From assembly GCA_000004985.1 (NCBI GenBank), contig GG738877.1: a stretch of 64,000 bases of DNA; one strand, written 5' to 3'. The notes below the pieces were generated by a model, which saw only the letters and a list, made by a program, of their open reading frames with translations, searched no databases and had not been told where the DNA came from. Made by a program: the position numbers and the translations under genes. Positions 9,829 through 20,528 of this stretch are shown here, one piece after another; the stretch's first letter is position 1, and every line of letters starts with the position of its first letter. The DNA comes from Naegleria gruberi (taxonomy: Eukaryota).

Positions 9829-11046
9829 TTAGAACAATACTCTTGCTTTAATGGTTGATTCCAATTCCTTAATTTGTTTGAAAACTTCCTCAGCAACTGA
9901 TTTATCCAATTCAATGACCATATAACCAATATGTTTTGTTGTGCCCAACAATTGACTAACAACATTGTAATCTTGCAAGAGAGCGTTGATAGATTTCAAC
10001 ACACCATGTCTGTTGACGTGAATGTGAAGCAATCTGTGACAACCAGCATAGTGAACTGGATTAATTTGTGGGAAGTTGACACTACCAAGAGTGATACCTT
10101 CATTCATGTAGGAAATCAACTTTTGAGCCACTTCCTTACCAATAGCATCTTGTGCCTCAATGGTTGAACCACCAATGTGTGGTGTTAAAATTGTGTTTGG
10201 ACAATTTTGAAGTGGTGATGAAAATACATTATCACCATCCTTTTCAGGTTCAGTTGGGAAGACATCGACAGCACAACCATGCAAATGACCACTCTTAAGG
10301 GCACTAGCAAGTGCATTAACATCAACAACACTTCCACGAGAAAGATTCAAAAGGTAGGACCCCTTTTGCATTTGGGCAATTTGTGCTTCCCCAATCAAGT
10401 TATTGGTTTGTTCAGTTTTTGGAACATGGAGGGAGACAAAGTGAGCAGTTGAGAGAACTTGTTCCATACTATCGACAGGTTTAGCATTTCCCAATGGTAA
10501 CTTGTGTTCGATATCATAATAGATAACACTCATACCAAATCCTTCAGCCAATAAACCCAATTGACTTCCTACGTGTCCATAACCAACAATACCCAAAATT
10601 TTACCTCTAATTTCATAACAATCCTTAGCAATCTTGTACCAATGGCCTTGATGCAAACTCTTTACGTGTTCGGAAACCTTACGTGACAACATGACAATTT
10701 CTGACATGGCCAACTCGGCAACAGATCTAGTATTTGCATAAGGTGAGTTAAATACAGGAATACCCTTCTTTTCACAACATTCCAAATCAACTTGATCAGT
10801 TCCAATACAGTAACATCCCACAGCTTTCAATTTTTTAGCATTAGAAAGAACTTTTTCTGTTAATTTAGTTTTTGAACGAATTCCGACCAAGTGAACATCT
10901 TCAATTTTAACAGTTAATTCTTCTTCACTGAGAGATTTGGAAACACTCTCAACCTGGAAACCTTCCTTTTTAAATAAATCAACAGCTGTTTGAGAAATAT
11001 TCTCCAAAAGCAAAACCTTGATGAGGTGTTTAGGATAGCTAGTCAT
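9829..11046 (-). CDS. D-3-phosphoglycerate dehydrogenase (D-isomer 2-hydroxyacid dehydrogenase fold with C-terminal ACT domain).
   Basis: GIVGYGHVGSQLG is the NAD-binding GxGxxG motif. The catalytic-domain block reads LSRGSVVDVNALASALKSGHLHGCAVDVFPTEP...LTPHIGGST. The C-terminal regulatory domain resembles ACT. Confidence 0.85.
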   Translation of the reverse strand: MTSYPKHLIKVLLLENISQTAVDLFKKEGFQVESVSKSLSEEELTVKIEDVHLVGIRSKTKLTEKVLSNAKKLKAVGCYCIGTDQVDLECCEKKGIPVFNSPYANTRSVAELAMSEIVMLSRKVSEHVKSLHQGHWYKIAKDCYEIRGKILGIVGYGHVGSQLGLLAEGFGMSVIYYDIEHKLPLGNAKPVDSMEQVLSTAHFVSLHVPKTEQTNNLIGEAQIAQMQKGSYLLNLSRGSVVDVNALASALKSGHLHGCAVDVFPTEPEKDGDNVFSSPLQNCPNTILTPHIGGSTIEAQDAIGKEVAQKLISYMNEGITLGSVNFPQINPVHYAGCHRLLHIHVNRHGVLKSINALLQDYNVVSQLLGTTKHIGYMVIELDKSVAEEVFKQIKELESTIKARVLF

Positions 11047-11757
11047 TTTCTATATTACAATTTAATGGTGAGTACAAAAGTATGATGATGATAAATATAA
11101 TACAAAAAGTGATGATGAAAGAATCACTACTGTAGTGAGAAAGAAGTGAGGTAGGTAGGTGGTATGGAAAATATAGTGCCCGAGCGAAAAAACAAATTCT
11201 CTTATTATGAATGGAGGAGAAGTTGCCAACAAGGTTTTGAGTTGTTTTTTTTAAAGTTGGTTTTTCAAAAAACCCGAGATGATCAATAGCAATATTTTGG
11301 ATATTCTCTCGAGAGGTAGATAAATGTACGAAGAGAATGAGAGGAAGATTTCGAAGGGTTTTGTGGTGGTGCCTTGGTTGCAACCTCAATGTATTAATGT
11401 TGGATATTTTTCCACAACGATAAACTGTTTGAGGGTGAGAACGGATAGCTATTGTCAATTTTGAAAGAAGAGAGTAAGATTTTTCAATGGACAATTAGTG
11501 AAAGAAACGATTCTTCAAAAAAAAAAATTCCCTTTCCTAATTGAGGAGAATCGGATTAACGCGAAATTTCTTCTTGCTAATTCAGACAAGTTTCTATTTG
11601 AGTTCAATTCAGCTCTCAATATTATCCAGATGAAATTAAAAGAAACTAATTGTAAAAGTAGATAAAATATATGAATTATCATAAATATAAGAATTTGAAC
11701 GAATTAAGGCTTCTAAAAAAGTGGAATATCAAACACCTAGTAGTAATCAAATCAATT

Positions 11758-13449
11758 TTATTCCATGTCAATATCCACAATTTGAGCAGTAACGCTTGTT
11801 GAGACTGTGGTGATAGGTGCAAATGAGGCCAAAATATTGGCTGGTTCGATGGCTTCAGAATGACCAGCTTTAGTTCTATATGAACGACGTAACTTTTCAA
11901 CAGCTTCAATAGTACTTGGAACGTCATCTATAGTCTTTGGCACAGCAATACGTAATGAGCTGAGTTGATTAAATTTATCAACTGGGTGTTGCAAGGTAGG
12001 GAGGGACATGTTAGGCTTTTTGTTTCCTTGTAATGAGGAAAGATCAAGTTTTTGAGTACGAAGTTTCTTATTCGATCGGAGCTTTTGAAGATAATCCAGT
12101 AAATTATCACAAATCTTGATTTCTTCCTCATAGATGTTCTTTGTTTGTTCTGGCACGGCTTCAGCCCATTGTTGTGTAGTTTCTTTAAGGAAATTTTCAC
12201 GAGCCTTCTTTTCTTGCATTCTCTTTTCTCTGATAGCCTTCTTGTGTTCAAATTGCTTTTGTGTTTGCAATCTATCTTCCAATTTTTCCAAACTTTCCTT
12301 TTGTCTTTGTTGAGAAGATGAAACTTTTCTTAATGTAGATTGACTTTGATAATTGTCATCGAAGAGATTCTTAATTTCCTTCTTGATACCCTTGAGTTGA
12401 TCTTCAAGTTTCTTCTTTTCTTCGAGGGCAGCCTTCTTTTTTGTGGTATTTTCGTCAAGCATGTCAAAATACTTTTGACGTTCATCAACCTTATCCTTAG
12501 AGGCCAAGTTGAGGCCTTGAATCTTGAGCTTGAGCTCCTTCTTGGCATCGAGCTTGTCTCTAACTTGTTTCTTCAAGGCTGAATGCTTTTCAAAGTTATT
12601 TTTCAAAGTGTTGAGAGTTTTGATTTTTCTTAAAATTACTTCTTCTTCCTTCATTGAAAGGGTTTCTGTTTGTTGTTTTTCACTGAGGTAATAAATCTCT
12701 CTGCCAATTTCGTCGGCACTTCTAAACTTGGATTTCTTGACTTCCTCACCAAATTCTTCAATACTTTCATTGAGATCGACAATTTCTTGTTCGATTTGAT
12801 TAATTTGTACAAGAATACGATCCTTTTCATTACGGGTTTCATTTGTTACGTCCTTATATTTACCAATTTCATCAAATAAAACCTTTCTAGCTTCATTCAA
12901 TTGTTTAACCTTCTCGTTAGCCTTTGAAAGCTTTTGATTAATCTTTTCGACTTGATCTTGTTTATCTTCAATAGTTTTTTGAATCTTCTTCAACTTGTCT
13001 TGCACTTCTTGCTCTTTTGGATGTTCAGCTAACTTGGCCTTGATTTCCGAAATCTTTTTACTCAACTCTTCGGAGGTGAGGAATTTCTTTTTATTTTCTT
13101 CCTTGTTGTTTGATTCCTCCTTGTTATCATCCTCTCCGGTTTTTTCTTCCTTCTTGTAATTCTTTTGTCTCTTTTTCTTTTCCTTCTTATCTTCATTTTC
13201 TTCCTTTTTGTTGTTGTTTTCATCACCTTCGACAGCCTTCTTTGGTTTTCTTTCCTTCTTCTTTTTACTATCAGCGGCGATATCTTGTTGTTGTATCACC
13301 TTTTCATTAGTCTTGAGGGCTGATTCCTCTGTGGTAATAGTGGTATTTGTTGTAGAAGCTCCTGTATTTGCTGATGACAAATCAGTTGAAGCGGCTTGCA
13401 GAGTATTTTCAGACATTTTTTTTGTGTTTGGCGCCATGTAGCTTTTCAT
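11758..13449 (-). CDS. Lys/Glu-rich coiled-coil protein, hypothetical.
   Basis: 563-aa ORF with a real ATG. Long heptad-like KxxE repeats. Function unknown. Confidence 0.45.
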   Translation of the reverse strand: MKSYMAPNTKKMSENTLQAASTDLSSANTGASTTNTTITTEESALKTNEKVIQQQDIAADSKKKKERKPKKAVEGDENNNKKEENEDKKEKKKRQKNYKKEEKTGEDDNKEESNNKEENKKKFLTSEELSKKISEIKAKLAEHPKEQEVQDKLKKIQKTIEDKQDQVEKINQKLSKANEKVKQLNEARKVLFDEIGKYKDVTNETRNEKDRILVQINQIEQEIVDLNESIEEFGEEVKKSKFRSADEIGREIYYLSEKQQTETLSMKEEEVILRKIKTLNTLKNNFEKHSALKKQVRDKLDAKKELKLKIQGLNLASKDKVDERQKYFDMLDENTTKKKAALEEKKKLEDQLKGIKKEIKNLFDDNYQSQSTLRKVSSSQQRQKESLEKLEDRLQTQKQFEHKKAIREKRMQEKKARENFLKETTQQWAEAVPEQTKNIYEEEIKICDNLLDYLQKLRSNKKLRTQKLDLSSLQGNKKPNMSLPTLQHPVDKFNQLSSLRIAVPKTIDDVPSTIEAVEKLRRSYRTKAGHSEAIEPANILASFAPITTVSTSVTAQIVDIDME

Positions 13450-13813
13450 TACTCAACTTTAGACAATGAAGCCCTTGTCTATTCCGAACTCAATACCATT
13501 TTCTAATGACATGATAATGACCCAAAGTTGAAGTGTTCAACTCGAATTTGTTGTTTGCCACTGTGATGAAATTTTGTATATTGTCTTAATGAAAACTCAA
13601 CTAACAATCCATTCCATCTCCAAAACAGGCACGGAGCCAACGAATAACTGCATTACGGTTGAGGATTGAATTTGTTAGTCGCTTACAAGAAGATTATTAT
13701 TAAAAAATGTCTTCTTCCTTAAATTGCTATATTCCAACAGGTGTTTTATTATTTTAATTTAAAATAATTAAAAATAATATTTTCATGATGAACAATTAAT
13801 AACCTTTTGGAGA

Positions 13814-16123
13814 ATGACAAAATTTGATTCTAATCCATACAATAGAAGAATATATCCATCTATCACCAAGCAGTCATCAAACAACAAAAAAAAGAACAAC
13901 ATGTATGCTGATTTGACTTTCCAATTCCTTGCTGAAGAGGAAGACAATTCCGTTTATTATTCATCCTATTATGCTTTTCAATCATTTGGATCTGATGAAT
14001 TGCTTTCTCTCTTGAAAAACAAATTTGTAAATCAAGCTAGAAATTTGATCAAATTCTTGAATAACAGAAAACAATTTCTCGAGTATGGAAAACGTTTGAA
14101 AAACAATGGGATCATTCCTACGGGTGTTCCTATAGAATTGATTTGTGATTGTACGGTACATTTGAATGTTTTTGAAACATTTAATAGAGTTTCGTTTGAG
14201 GAGATTATGGCTTGGGTTCCTGGTGAAATATTTTGCATTACAAATAAGCAAGTTATAAAAGAAGCATTGCATTATCGTGGAATCCTTGTAATGGCAAGTG
14301 ATGAATTGAAATCAGACCCAGAATTGGTTCTTAAAGCTATTGAAACAGATGGAAATTTAAAGAAGGGAAGCTTTAAATTTGCTTCCAAGAGTTTGAGGAG
14401 TAATCAACAATTTCTACTGGATGCCATTGAAATAGATGCTGATATTTTAAAGTATGCTGATTCTGCATTGAGAAATGATCCAGATTTTATGAGAAAGGTT
14501 GCTAGAAGACACCTCTATTGCTTTAGATTTATTGGTGAAGAGTTGGAAAGAAATGAGGAATTTATAACCTCTGTAATGATTGAAAACTCACTAGCTATTG
14601 GTTGTTTGGGAGAATTGTCGAGATCATTGTTCAATGATTTGGATCGTGCTGGAGAAGAAATTGTACAATTATTTGAAACATTAGTGGATATGAGTAGGTC
14701 TGACCTCATTGAACATGTTAAGGGAATTTGTCACGATAGGGATTCAATGAAGCAGCTGTTGAGGTGTGATGGTTCACTTTTGGAGTTTTGTACTGAAGAA
14801 CTTCAAAATGACAGGACACTTGTAATAATAGCTGTAAAGAATAGGGGATCCTCTCTCCGATTTGCTGCCCCAAATTTTAAAATGGATCGAGAAATAGTTA
14901 ATCTTGCATGTAAAGATTCAGCAGAAAACTTCAAATATGCCTCAGATTCTCTCAGAAGTAATTTTGATTTTATAATAGAAAATCTGAAAAACGGTATCGA
15001 CCTTGTTCCATATCATACAGCTGATATTGATGAAATGTTGAAATTAATTGGATTTTATTGCTTTGATGATTTTATTCAATTCTCTTGTGAATATTTTCCT
15101 GATTTAGGTTCAGATCTTGATCTGATAGAAAAGATTGTGGAGAGATGTTGGGAAGTGAGACAAGAATTTAGTGACTGGCCGATATTGGAGCATGTTTCCG
15201 AGGAGGTGATTCCTGCTCTTCAAAAAGACATTTTGTTAAAAGTAGTTCAAATGGATGACTCGAACTTTGACAGAATACCTACTGAACTCAAGAATGACAC
15301 AGAAATTCTAGCAGCACATATTACAAACCAGGTCAACCAAGCTCCATATTTTGAAGACTTTGAAAGCCTACCACAATTTCTTGATTCTGAATTCATCAAA
15401 CTATTAATCAATTATAACATTGACTATCGTATTATTGAGCATATGCCTGAAGTTGTAAAAGTAACACCCATTACATCTGAATTTGTGAAGAAATGGCCAC
15501 AAGCTTTTACTCTATGCCCAGAATTTTATTCAGACGATGTACAATTCATTACAGATAGTAACGTTATGGCTATTGCATTTGCTCGTGAACCAGTGCAACT
15601 GGAACACTTGGATTTAGTCGCTCAGGCCATTCAGAAAGATCCTAACGTGTTGACAAAATTACCTGATGATGTCCAAATAGGATTACTCAAACAACACAAA
15701 CCAGACCTATTGAAAGCACTAGCCCAAAATTGTGACGATTATGCGAGGCTATGTGAGGAGGTACAAGCAGATCGTGATGTGATTTTAATGTGTGCTGGTT
15801 CTCCTTTTGGAGGTCATTTGGCTGATCTTATTCCAGAACAAGTCTTGTTGGACAGAGATTTCTTAGTCAACCTTGTCAGGAGAAATGGCTTTACTTACCA
15901 AATGATTCGAGAAATGACTATGGAAGAGGATGAAGATGAAGAATTAGCTATGGAAGCTTTGAAATCTTGGGGCTGGTTTGAATCTTCATTACTATATCAA
16001 TATCATGATGCTAAAATAATTTACAAGATTTTCAAGGAATTATTGAATCAACGTTTGAAGGCTTTTTACAGTGAAGATTTCTTTATTCCCTCAAGATATT
16101 CTTCACTTGCTTTTAAGGTTTAA
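13814..16123 (+). CDS. DUF4116-repeat protein.
   Basis: Multiple about 36-aa repeats of the form L(R/Q)NDxxF/LxxxAVKxxxxxLxYAxxxL, e.g. LQNDRTLVIIAVKNRGSSLRFAAPNFKMDREIVNLACKDSAENFKYASDSLRSN. Confidence 0.6.
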   Translation: MTKFDSNPYNRRIYPSITKQSSNNKKKNNMYADLTFQFLAEEEDNSVYYSSYYAFQSFGSDELLSLLKNKFVNQARNLIKFLNNRKQFLEYGKRLKNNGIIPTGVPIELICDCTVHLNVFETFNRVSFEEIMAWVPGEIFCITNKQVIKEALHYRGILVMASDELKSDPELVLKAIETDGNLKKGSFKFASKSLRSNQQFLLDAIEIDADILKYADSALRNDPDFMRKVARRHLYCFRFIGEELERNEEFITSVMIENSLAIGCLGELSRSLFNDLDRAGEEIVQLFETLVDMSRSDLIEHVKGICHDRDSMKQLLRCDGSLLEFCTEELQNDRTLVIIAVKNRGSSLRFAAPNFKMDREIVNLACKDSAENFKYASDSLRSNFDFIIENLKNGIDLVPYHTADIDEMLKLIGFYCFDDFIQFSCEYFPDLGSDLDLIEKIVERCWEVRQEFSDWPILEHVSEEVIPALQKDILLKVVQMDDSNFDRIPTELKNDTEILAAHITNQVNQAPYFEDFESLPQFLDSEFIKLLINYNIDYRIIEHMPEVVKVTPITSEFVKKWPQAFTLCPEFYSDDVQFITDSNVMAIAFAREPVQLEHLDLVAQAIQKDPNVLTKLPDDVQIGLLKQHKPDLLKALAQNCDDYARLCEEVQADRDVILMCAGSPFGGHLADLIPEQVLLDRDFLVNLVRRNGFTYQMIREMTMEEDEDEELAMEALKSWGWFESSLLYQYHDAKIIYKIFKELLNQRLKAFYSEDFFIPSRYSSLAFKV

Positions 16124-16226
16124 CATTGAATAGGTTCAATATTTGAGAGGATTTATTTCCTTAATCATTATGACTATAGAATAGTCTAAAGTAAATATTG
16201 CACTTTGCCACACCAATTTAAAAAAA

Positions 16227-18239
16227 ATGTCGCTATTCCTCACGCACTGTTTCCCTCATGCTAGCTCATGCACCGATCACTATGAATCCGATTCGGAATA
16301 TGAATGTCGTGACGATCTATTCGATTTAAACAGATTCACACAACCAATTCACGTCGGATTGGATTTAACAATCGAAGGTTCAAGAAAATTAGGACACTAC
16401 CTATTGATCATCATGTGGAGGTTAATATTAAAAAGTCCCATGTTATTCCGAGTGAGAGATGAAGCGAAAGAACAAGTCAAATTGTTGGAGAAATTTTGTT
16501 GCCAGAGACACGAAGAGTTTAGGGAGGTTTGTTCGAATCATCATTTGTTTGAAGATTCGAGTGTGGAAGTGTTTGATGATATGCAGGTGTGGGCTTCCAT
16601 GAGAGAAAGTGAAGAAAATGAGACACGGGAATACGAAGGAGAAAAGAGAATTAAATTAGATGCTGAATCTCTGTCAAAAGTTTATACACTTTCGAATTAT
16701 TTTGCTACTATTGTTAAAAAATACATATTTGGAGAGTTGGCGAAACATGGCACTGTAGAGATTTACAAATTTATCACAAAGCAAAATAAGATTGCACTTA
16801 CATTTAAAATTGAGGAGCTCAGAGATATGGTATTGAAATATTTCGAATATACTCCTTCAATGCTTCCATTGGAAGATCAGGATGTTAAATTATATTTTAT
16901 TGGAATGACAGCCTTACTGGAATATTTGGCAGCTGACATGATTGAATTGGGTGGAAATGCCGCTAGAGATGCCCGTCAGGAATATATTACACCTTCTTGT
17001 TTTGAAATAGCCACTTCAGGAGATGCAGAATTGGAAAGGACTGTACTATTTCACATGAACCATTTGCCTCTCGTTGATTTCAATTATTTTTATGGAGCCA
17101 ATCAAACAGTATTACCTCCTATTGATGTGAATGAGAAAGCCAATAGTGGAGAGGAATTTAATTTTACTCAACTACCAACTGAATTACATCATACCATACT
17201 CAAAAATGTTTCTTCGTTGGAAGAACTTTTGGAAATGAGATTGGTTTGCAAACAATGGAACTATTTCATCATGAATGATAATGATATTTGGAAGAGTTTA
17301 ATTTGTAACAATATGATTTCAGAAGATTTATTCAGGTTCTGTGATTCAACTTTTACTGTTGATGAGTTGGAAACTATTTTGAGTAGAGGAAAAGATCTAA
17401 AACCTCTCCATTTTGGCCAACAAGTAATTAATCATTTCTATGAGAAGAATGATTGGAAGTCCCTATACTTTATTCTCGTACGAAGACATTTGACATTTAT
17501 ACGTGATTTGGATTTGATGAAATCAAGAGAATTTTTCGATGTATTTCAATTAGATTCTTCTGTAGAATCATATGATAACTCGAAAAAGAAACTGCAAATT
17601 GGAATTACAAAGGGTTTATTTGCATATTTCAACTTTACAAAACACCTATCATCACGTGTTTCGTCTAAGGTTTACATTCCTAAAGATGCTCTTTCAGAAT
17701 TTTTGAAATTTGGAAATAATTATTCACTAGTTGGTGTGATTGACTTTTCAAAATTCTCCTCCTTCATTTCATGTCGTTTGTTCCCAAAAAATGGATTATT
17801 ATATTGCTTTTATCACAAAATCAATCAAGCAGATTTTCTATTCTTTGAGAATTATTCTCTTGAATCTGAACAATTAATTGAATTTGAAATCAAAGACAAA
17901 ACCTTTAAATTTCCTCAACCAATTAATCCATACCAAGTCTACCATGAACAAATTGTTGTCAATCAACCTTCATGTTGTCCATTCTTTTACTTGCAGCAAG
18001 CACAAGGTCATCGTTCAGGTTGCAATCTAGCCCCAAGCGTTCTATTTAACAATAATGAAGACAGACCTGAAACAATGATTCAATCCTACCTCAGAGAGGA
18101 TGACGATGATAATATAGTACTGCTATCAGACACCTTGGAGGAATCAGAAGATACTTTTTCTATTTACATTTCAAGAGAGGATTTAATCTTAAGAAAGTTT
18201 GAGAATGCAAAAATTGAATATGTGAAACCAAACTACTAG
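16227..18239 (+). CDS. F-box protein.
   Basis: LPTELHHTILKNVSSLEELLEMRLVCKQWNYFI is an F-box consensus (LPxEIxxxILxxL...LxxxxxVCKxW). Confidence 0.55.
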   Translation: MSLFLTHCFPHASSCTDHYESDSEYECRDDLFDLNRFTQPIHVGLDLTIEGSRKLGHYLLIIMWRLILKSPMLFRVRDEAKEQVKLLEKFCCQRHEEFREVCSNHHLFEDSSVEVFDDMQVWASMRESEENETREYEGEKRIKLDAESLSKVYTLSNYFATIVKKYIFGELAKHGTVEIYKFITKQNKIALTFKIEELRDMVLKYFEYTPSMLPLEDQDVKLYFIGMTALLEYLAADMIELGGNAARDARQEYITPSCFEIATSGDAELERTVLFHMNHLPLVDFNYFYGANQTVLPPIDVNEKANSGEEFNFTQLPTELHHTILKNVSSLEELLEMRLVCKQWNYFIMNDNDIWKSLICNNMISEDLFRFCDSTFTVDELETILSRGKDLKPLHFGQQVINHFYEKNDWKSLYFILVRRHLTFIRDLDLMKSREFFDVFQLDSSVESYDNSKKKLQIGITKGLFAYFNFTKHLSSRVSSKVYIPKDALSEFLKFGNNYSLVGVIDFSKFSSFISCRLFPKNGLLYCFYHKINQADFLFFENYSLESEQLIEFEIKDKTFKFPQPINPYQVYHEQIVVNQPSCCPFFYLQQAQGHRSGCNLAPSVLFNNNEDRPETMIQSYLREDDDDNIVLLSDTLEESEDTFSIYISREDLILRKFENAKIEYVKPNY

Positions 18240-18277
18240 CACGAGCCATCAGCCAAAATTGTTTAATAAATTAAAAA

Positions 18278-18395
18278 GACTACAGCACCACAGGTTCCCA
18301 AGTTGTCTCCAACCTCAGTACTGATGTGGCTCGACGATGCTTAACTTCTCAAATCGGACGGGATGAGGTGAATTCATCGTGATATGGCCGTAGCC
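18278..18395 (-). rRNA. 5S rRNA gene, copy 2 (118 nt).
   Basis: About 96% identical to copy 1, with substitutions clustered in helix III (CGAUGAAUUCACCUCAUCCCG vs CGAUGAAUGAACCCAUCCCG). Same orientation, same TTTT(T) terminator, and a similar AT-rich upstream box (CCTTAAT...GATATTTAA). Confidence 0.8.
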
Positions 18396-18569
18396 ATTCA
18401 TCACCTTAATATGTGATATTTAAATAAAAGGTATACTACCTTAATATCCCGATGTATAAAAGCTATACCGAAACTAAGCCAGTTTATCTTATATCTGTTG
18501 TATATCCAAATATATAAGATATCACCTAATCACTATTCATAACCAATTTCTTTTCAAACAACAAAAAAA

Positions 18570-19991
18570 ATGCTAACAAACAACCAAGAACTTGTTTCAA
18601 TCATTCTTGATTCGAATTTTAAAAGCGATTCGTTGAAATCAATCTTTGGAAATTATTTAATTAATCAACAAGAATTAAAATATTTACACATTCTCGCCTT
18701 TGTCTATTCCAACAATTACAAGAATACTAATTACAACCATAGCAGCAGTCGAGTCAGAACTTTAGAAAATCGAGAATTGATCAAACTTTGTTTGCATAAA
18801 TGTGGAACTTTTATCAAATTATTGGAAGATAAATTCCGAAATGATAGAGAATTGGCATTGATTGCTGTTAAGAGTAACTCGAATGCCTACACGTTTATTT
18901 CGAGAGATTTGCAGGATGATGAAGAAATTTGCATGGAAACCTTGTTGAATGCTAATTTTGGAACTGGGTTCAATACACTGGAATTGATTTTTACAAAATT
19001 TCCAGGATTTGGTTTGCATGAAGATGTTTTATTGCATAATTTGCAGTTCAGTGCTGATTTGTTGAGATTTGCTGATCGGTCATTGGTTGGAAACAAGGAA
19101 TTTATGATGAAAGCTGTCAAGGTTAATGCAAATTCTATTCAATATGCTTCTCCACAAATACGAAATGATGAAGAAGTGGTGATGGAAGCTGTTTTATTAC
19201 AACCTCATGTAATATTTGGTATCCATTCAACTAATCCAGATTTTATTTTGAAATATATTGAGAAAAGTCAAATACCAACAATACTGAAATTTGTTGATTG
19301 GGACATACGAAATAATCGAAATATTGTTTGGGAAATTATTAAGAAAAATCCATCAGAGTTTAAATATGCAAGTTATGAACTCAAAGGAAACGACAGAGAA
19401 ATCGTTGAATATGTAGTTCAAATAGATGGCCAACTCCTGTTGGAATATGTAGAAGAACCACTCATTCAAGATAGAGACATAGTTCAGCTAGCTATTCGAA
19501 ACAACCCAATGGCTATCAGATTTGCAAACTATTTTCAAAATGATAGAGAAATTGTCGAATTGGCCCTTTCCATGAATAAAGATGCAATTCAATTTGCATC
19601 GAAGAGATTGAGAGAAGAAATTGAATATCAATCTCAATTAGACAATGATTTATATGGAAATGAAACAGTTTCCAAATCAGATAATCATGAGGTTGATAAT
19701 GATCTTTATGGAAATGAATCAGTTTCGAATATTTTAAATGATGAAATAATTCCACAAGATTTTAATCTAATTTACTATCGAGAGAAAATGTTAGAATCCA
19801 TCAAATGGAATGAATCTTATTTGAAGAGTGTTGAGAATTCCCTTGATTTGAATCGATCTTTCATAAGAGATTGTATTCGAAACAATAAGAATTGTCTATT
19901 ATTCATTAGAAATCACTTTTTAATGGATAAAGAATTTATCCTCTTTGCATGTTCCAACTATTCCATTCAAGATTTTTCATGTGAGTTCTAA
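18570..19991 (+). CDS. DUF4116-repeat protein, paralogue of 13814..16123.
   Basis: Repeats such as FRNDRELALIAVKSNSNAYTFISRDLQDDEEICMETLL, IRNDEEVVMEAVLLQPH and FQNDREIVELALSMNKDAIQFASKRLRE. Confidence 0.6.
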   Translation: MLTNNQELVSIILDSNFKSDSLKSIFGNYLINQQELKYLHILAFVYSNNYKNTNYNHSSSRVRTLENRELIKLCLHKCGTFIKLLEDKFRNDRELALIAVKSNSNAYTFISRDLQDDEEICMETLLNANFGTGFNTLELIFTKFPGFGLHEDVLLHNLQFSADLLRFADRSLVGNKEFMMKAVKVNANSIQYASPQIRNDEEVVMEAVLLQPHVIFGIHSTNPDFILKYIEKSQIPTILKFVDWDIRNNRNIVWEIIKKNPSEFKYASYELKGNDREIVEYVVQIDGQLLLEYVEEPLIQDRDIVQLAIRNNPMAIRFANYFQNDREIVELALSMNKDAIQFASKRLREEIEYQSQLDNDLYGNETVSKSDNHEVDNDLYGNESVSNILNDEIIPQDFNLIYYREKMLESIKWNESYLKSVENSLDLNRSFIRDCIRNNKNCLLFIRNHFLMDKEFILFACSNYSIQDFSCEF

Positions 19992-20096
19992 ACTTTCAAC
20001 TTCAAAACTTGTTTCTAATAAAATATTATACTTTATTTTTACTGTGTCATGTCCGTATCCATGTCCATATCCATATCCAAATCCATCAAATCCAAA

Positions 20097-20528
20097 TTAC
20101 GGTTCCAAATTCTTTCCAAAATCTTGTGGAGTAACAATTAAATGCAATTTGGCTTCTGTCTTACTTTCCATAAGATTCAACCACAAATCCTTATCCTCTC
20201 CCAAAACAAACGATGCAAAGCTTAGAATTTTAGCTTTTCCTAAAGGATCATCCTCTGATAAATGGTCATGATCTTTCACGACGAAAGTTACCGAATCCAT
20301 TTTTGGATTAGAAATGGAAATGTAAAATTCTTCATTCCAAACTGGATTTAAAGTTCGTTTTATAACTTGAGTGGTGAATATTTTGGTGGGTGTGATGATT
20401 TCCACGTACGGATCACTCGACAAGATATCGGAAATCATCAAGTTTGTTGCTTCAACAATTTTAATTTTGACAAGTGGCATTTTTTTAGAGTTGATTAATT
20501 GGGATGAGATGGTGAACTTGATTGTCAT
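20097..20528 (-). CDS. C2-domain protein (start may be the internal Met at about 20480, MPLVKIKIVEATNL).
   Basis: SDPYVEIITPTKIFTTQVIKRTLNPVWNEEF...VKDHDHLSEDDPLGKA matches the C2 signature (DPYV...T..I...LNP.WNE.F...V.D.D....DD.LG). Confidence 0.6.
   Translation of the reverse strand: MTIKFTISSQLINSKKMPLVKIKIVEATNLMISDILSSDPYVEIITPTKIFTTQVIKRTLNPVWNEEFYISISNPKMDSVTFVVKDHDHLSEDDPLGKAKILSFASFVLGEDKDLWLNLMESKTEAKLHLIVTPQDFGKNLEP

Noticed and set aside
11039-11494. 151-aa minus-strand ORF overlapping the start of the phosphoglycerate dehydrogenase gene.
   Set aside because: It lies in the 5' flank and promoter of a convincing gene. It has no domain or compositional support, and it overlaps the neighbouring start codon. 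It is likely a chance ORF.
19970-20040. GTGAGT overlapping the last codons of DUF4116 gene 18570..19991, as a possible hidden 3' intron.
   Set aside because: No AG acceptor occurs for over 150 nt downstream, and the region is occupied by the convergent C2 gene. The stop is probably genuine.
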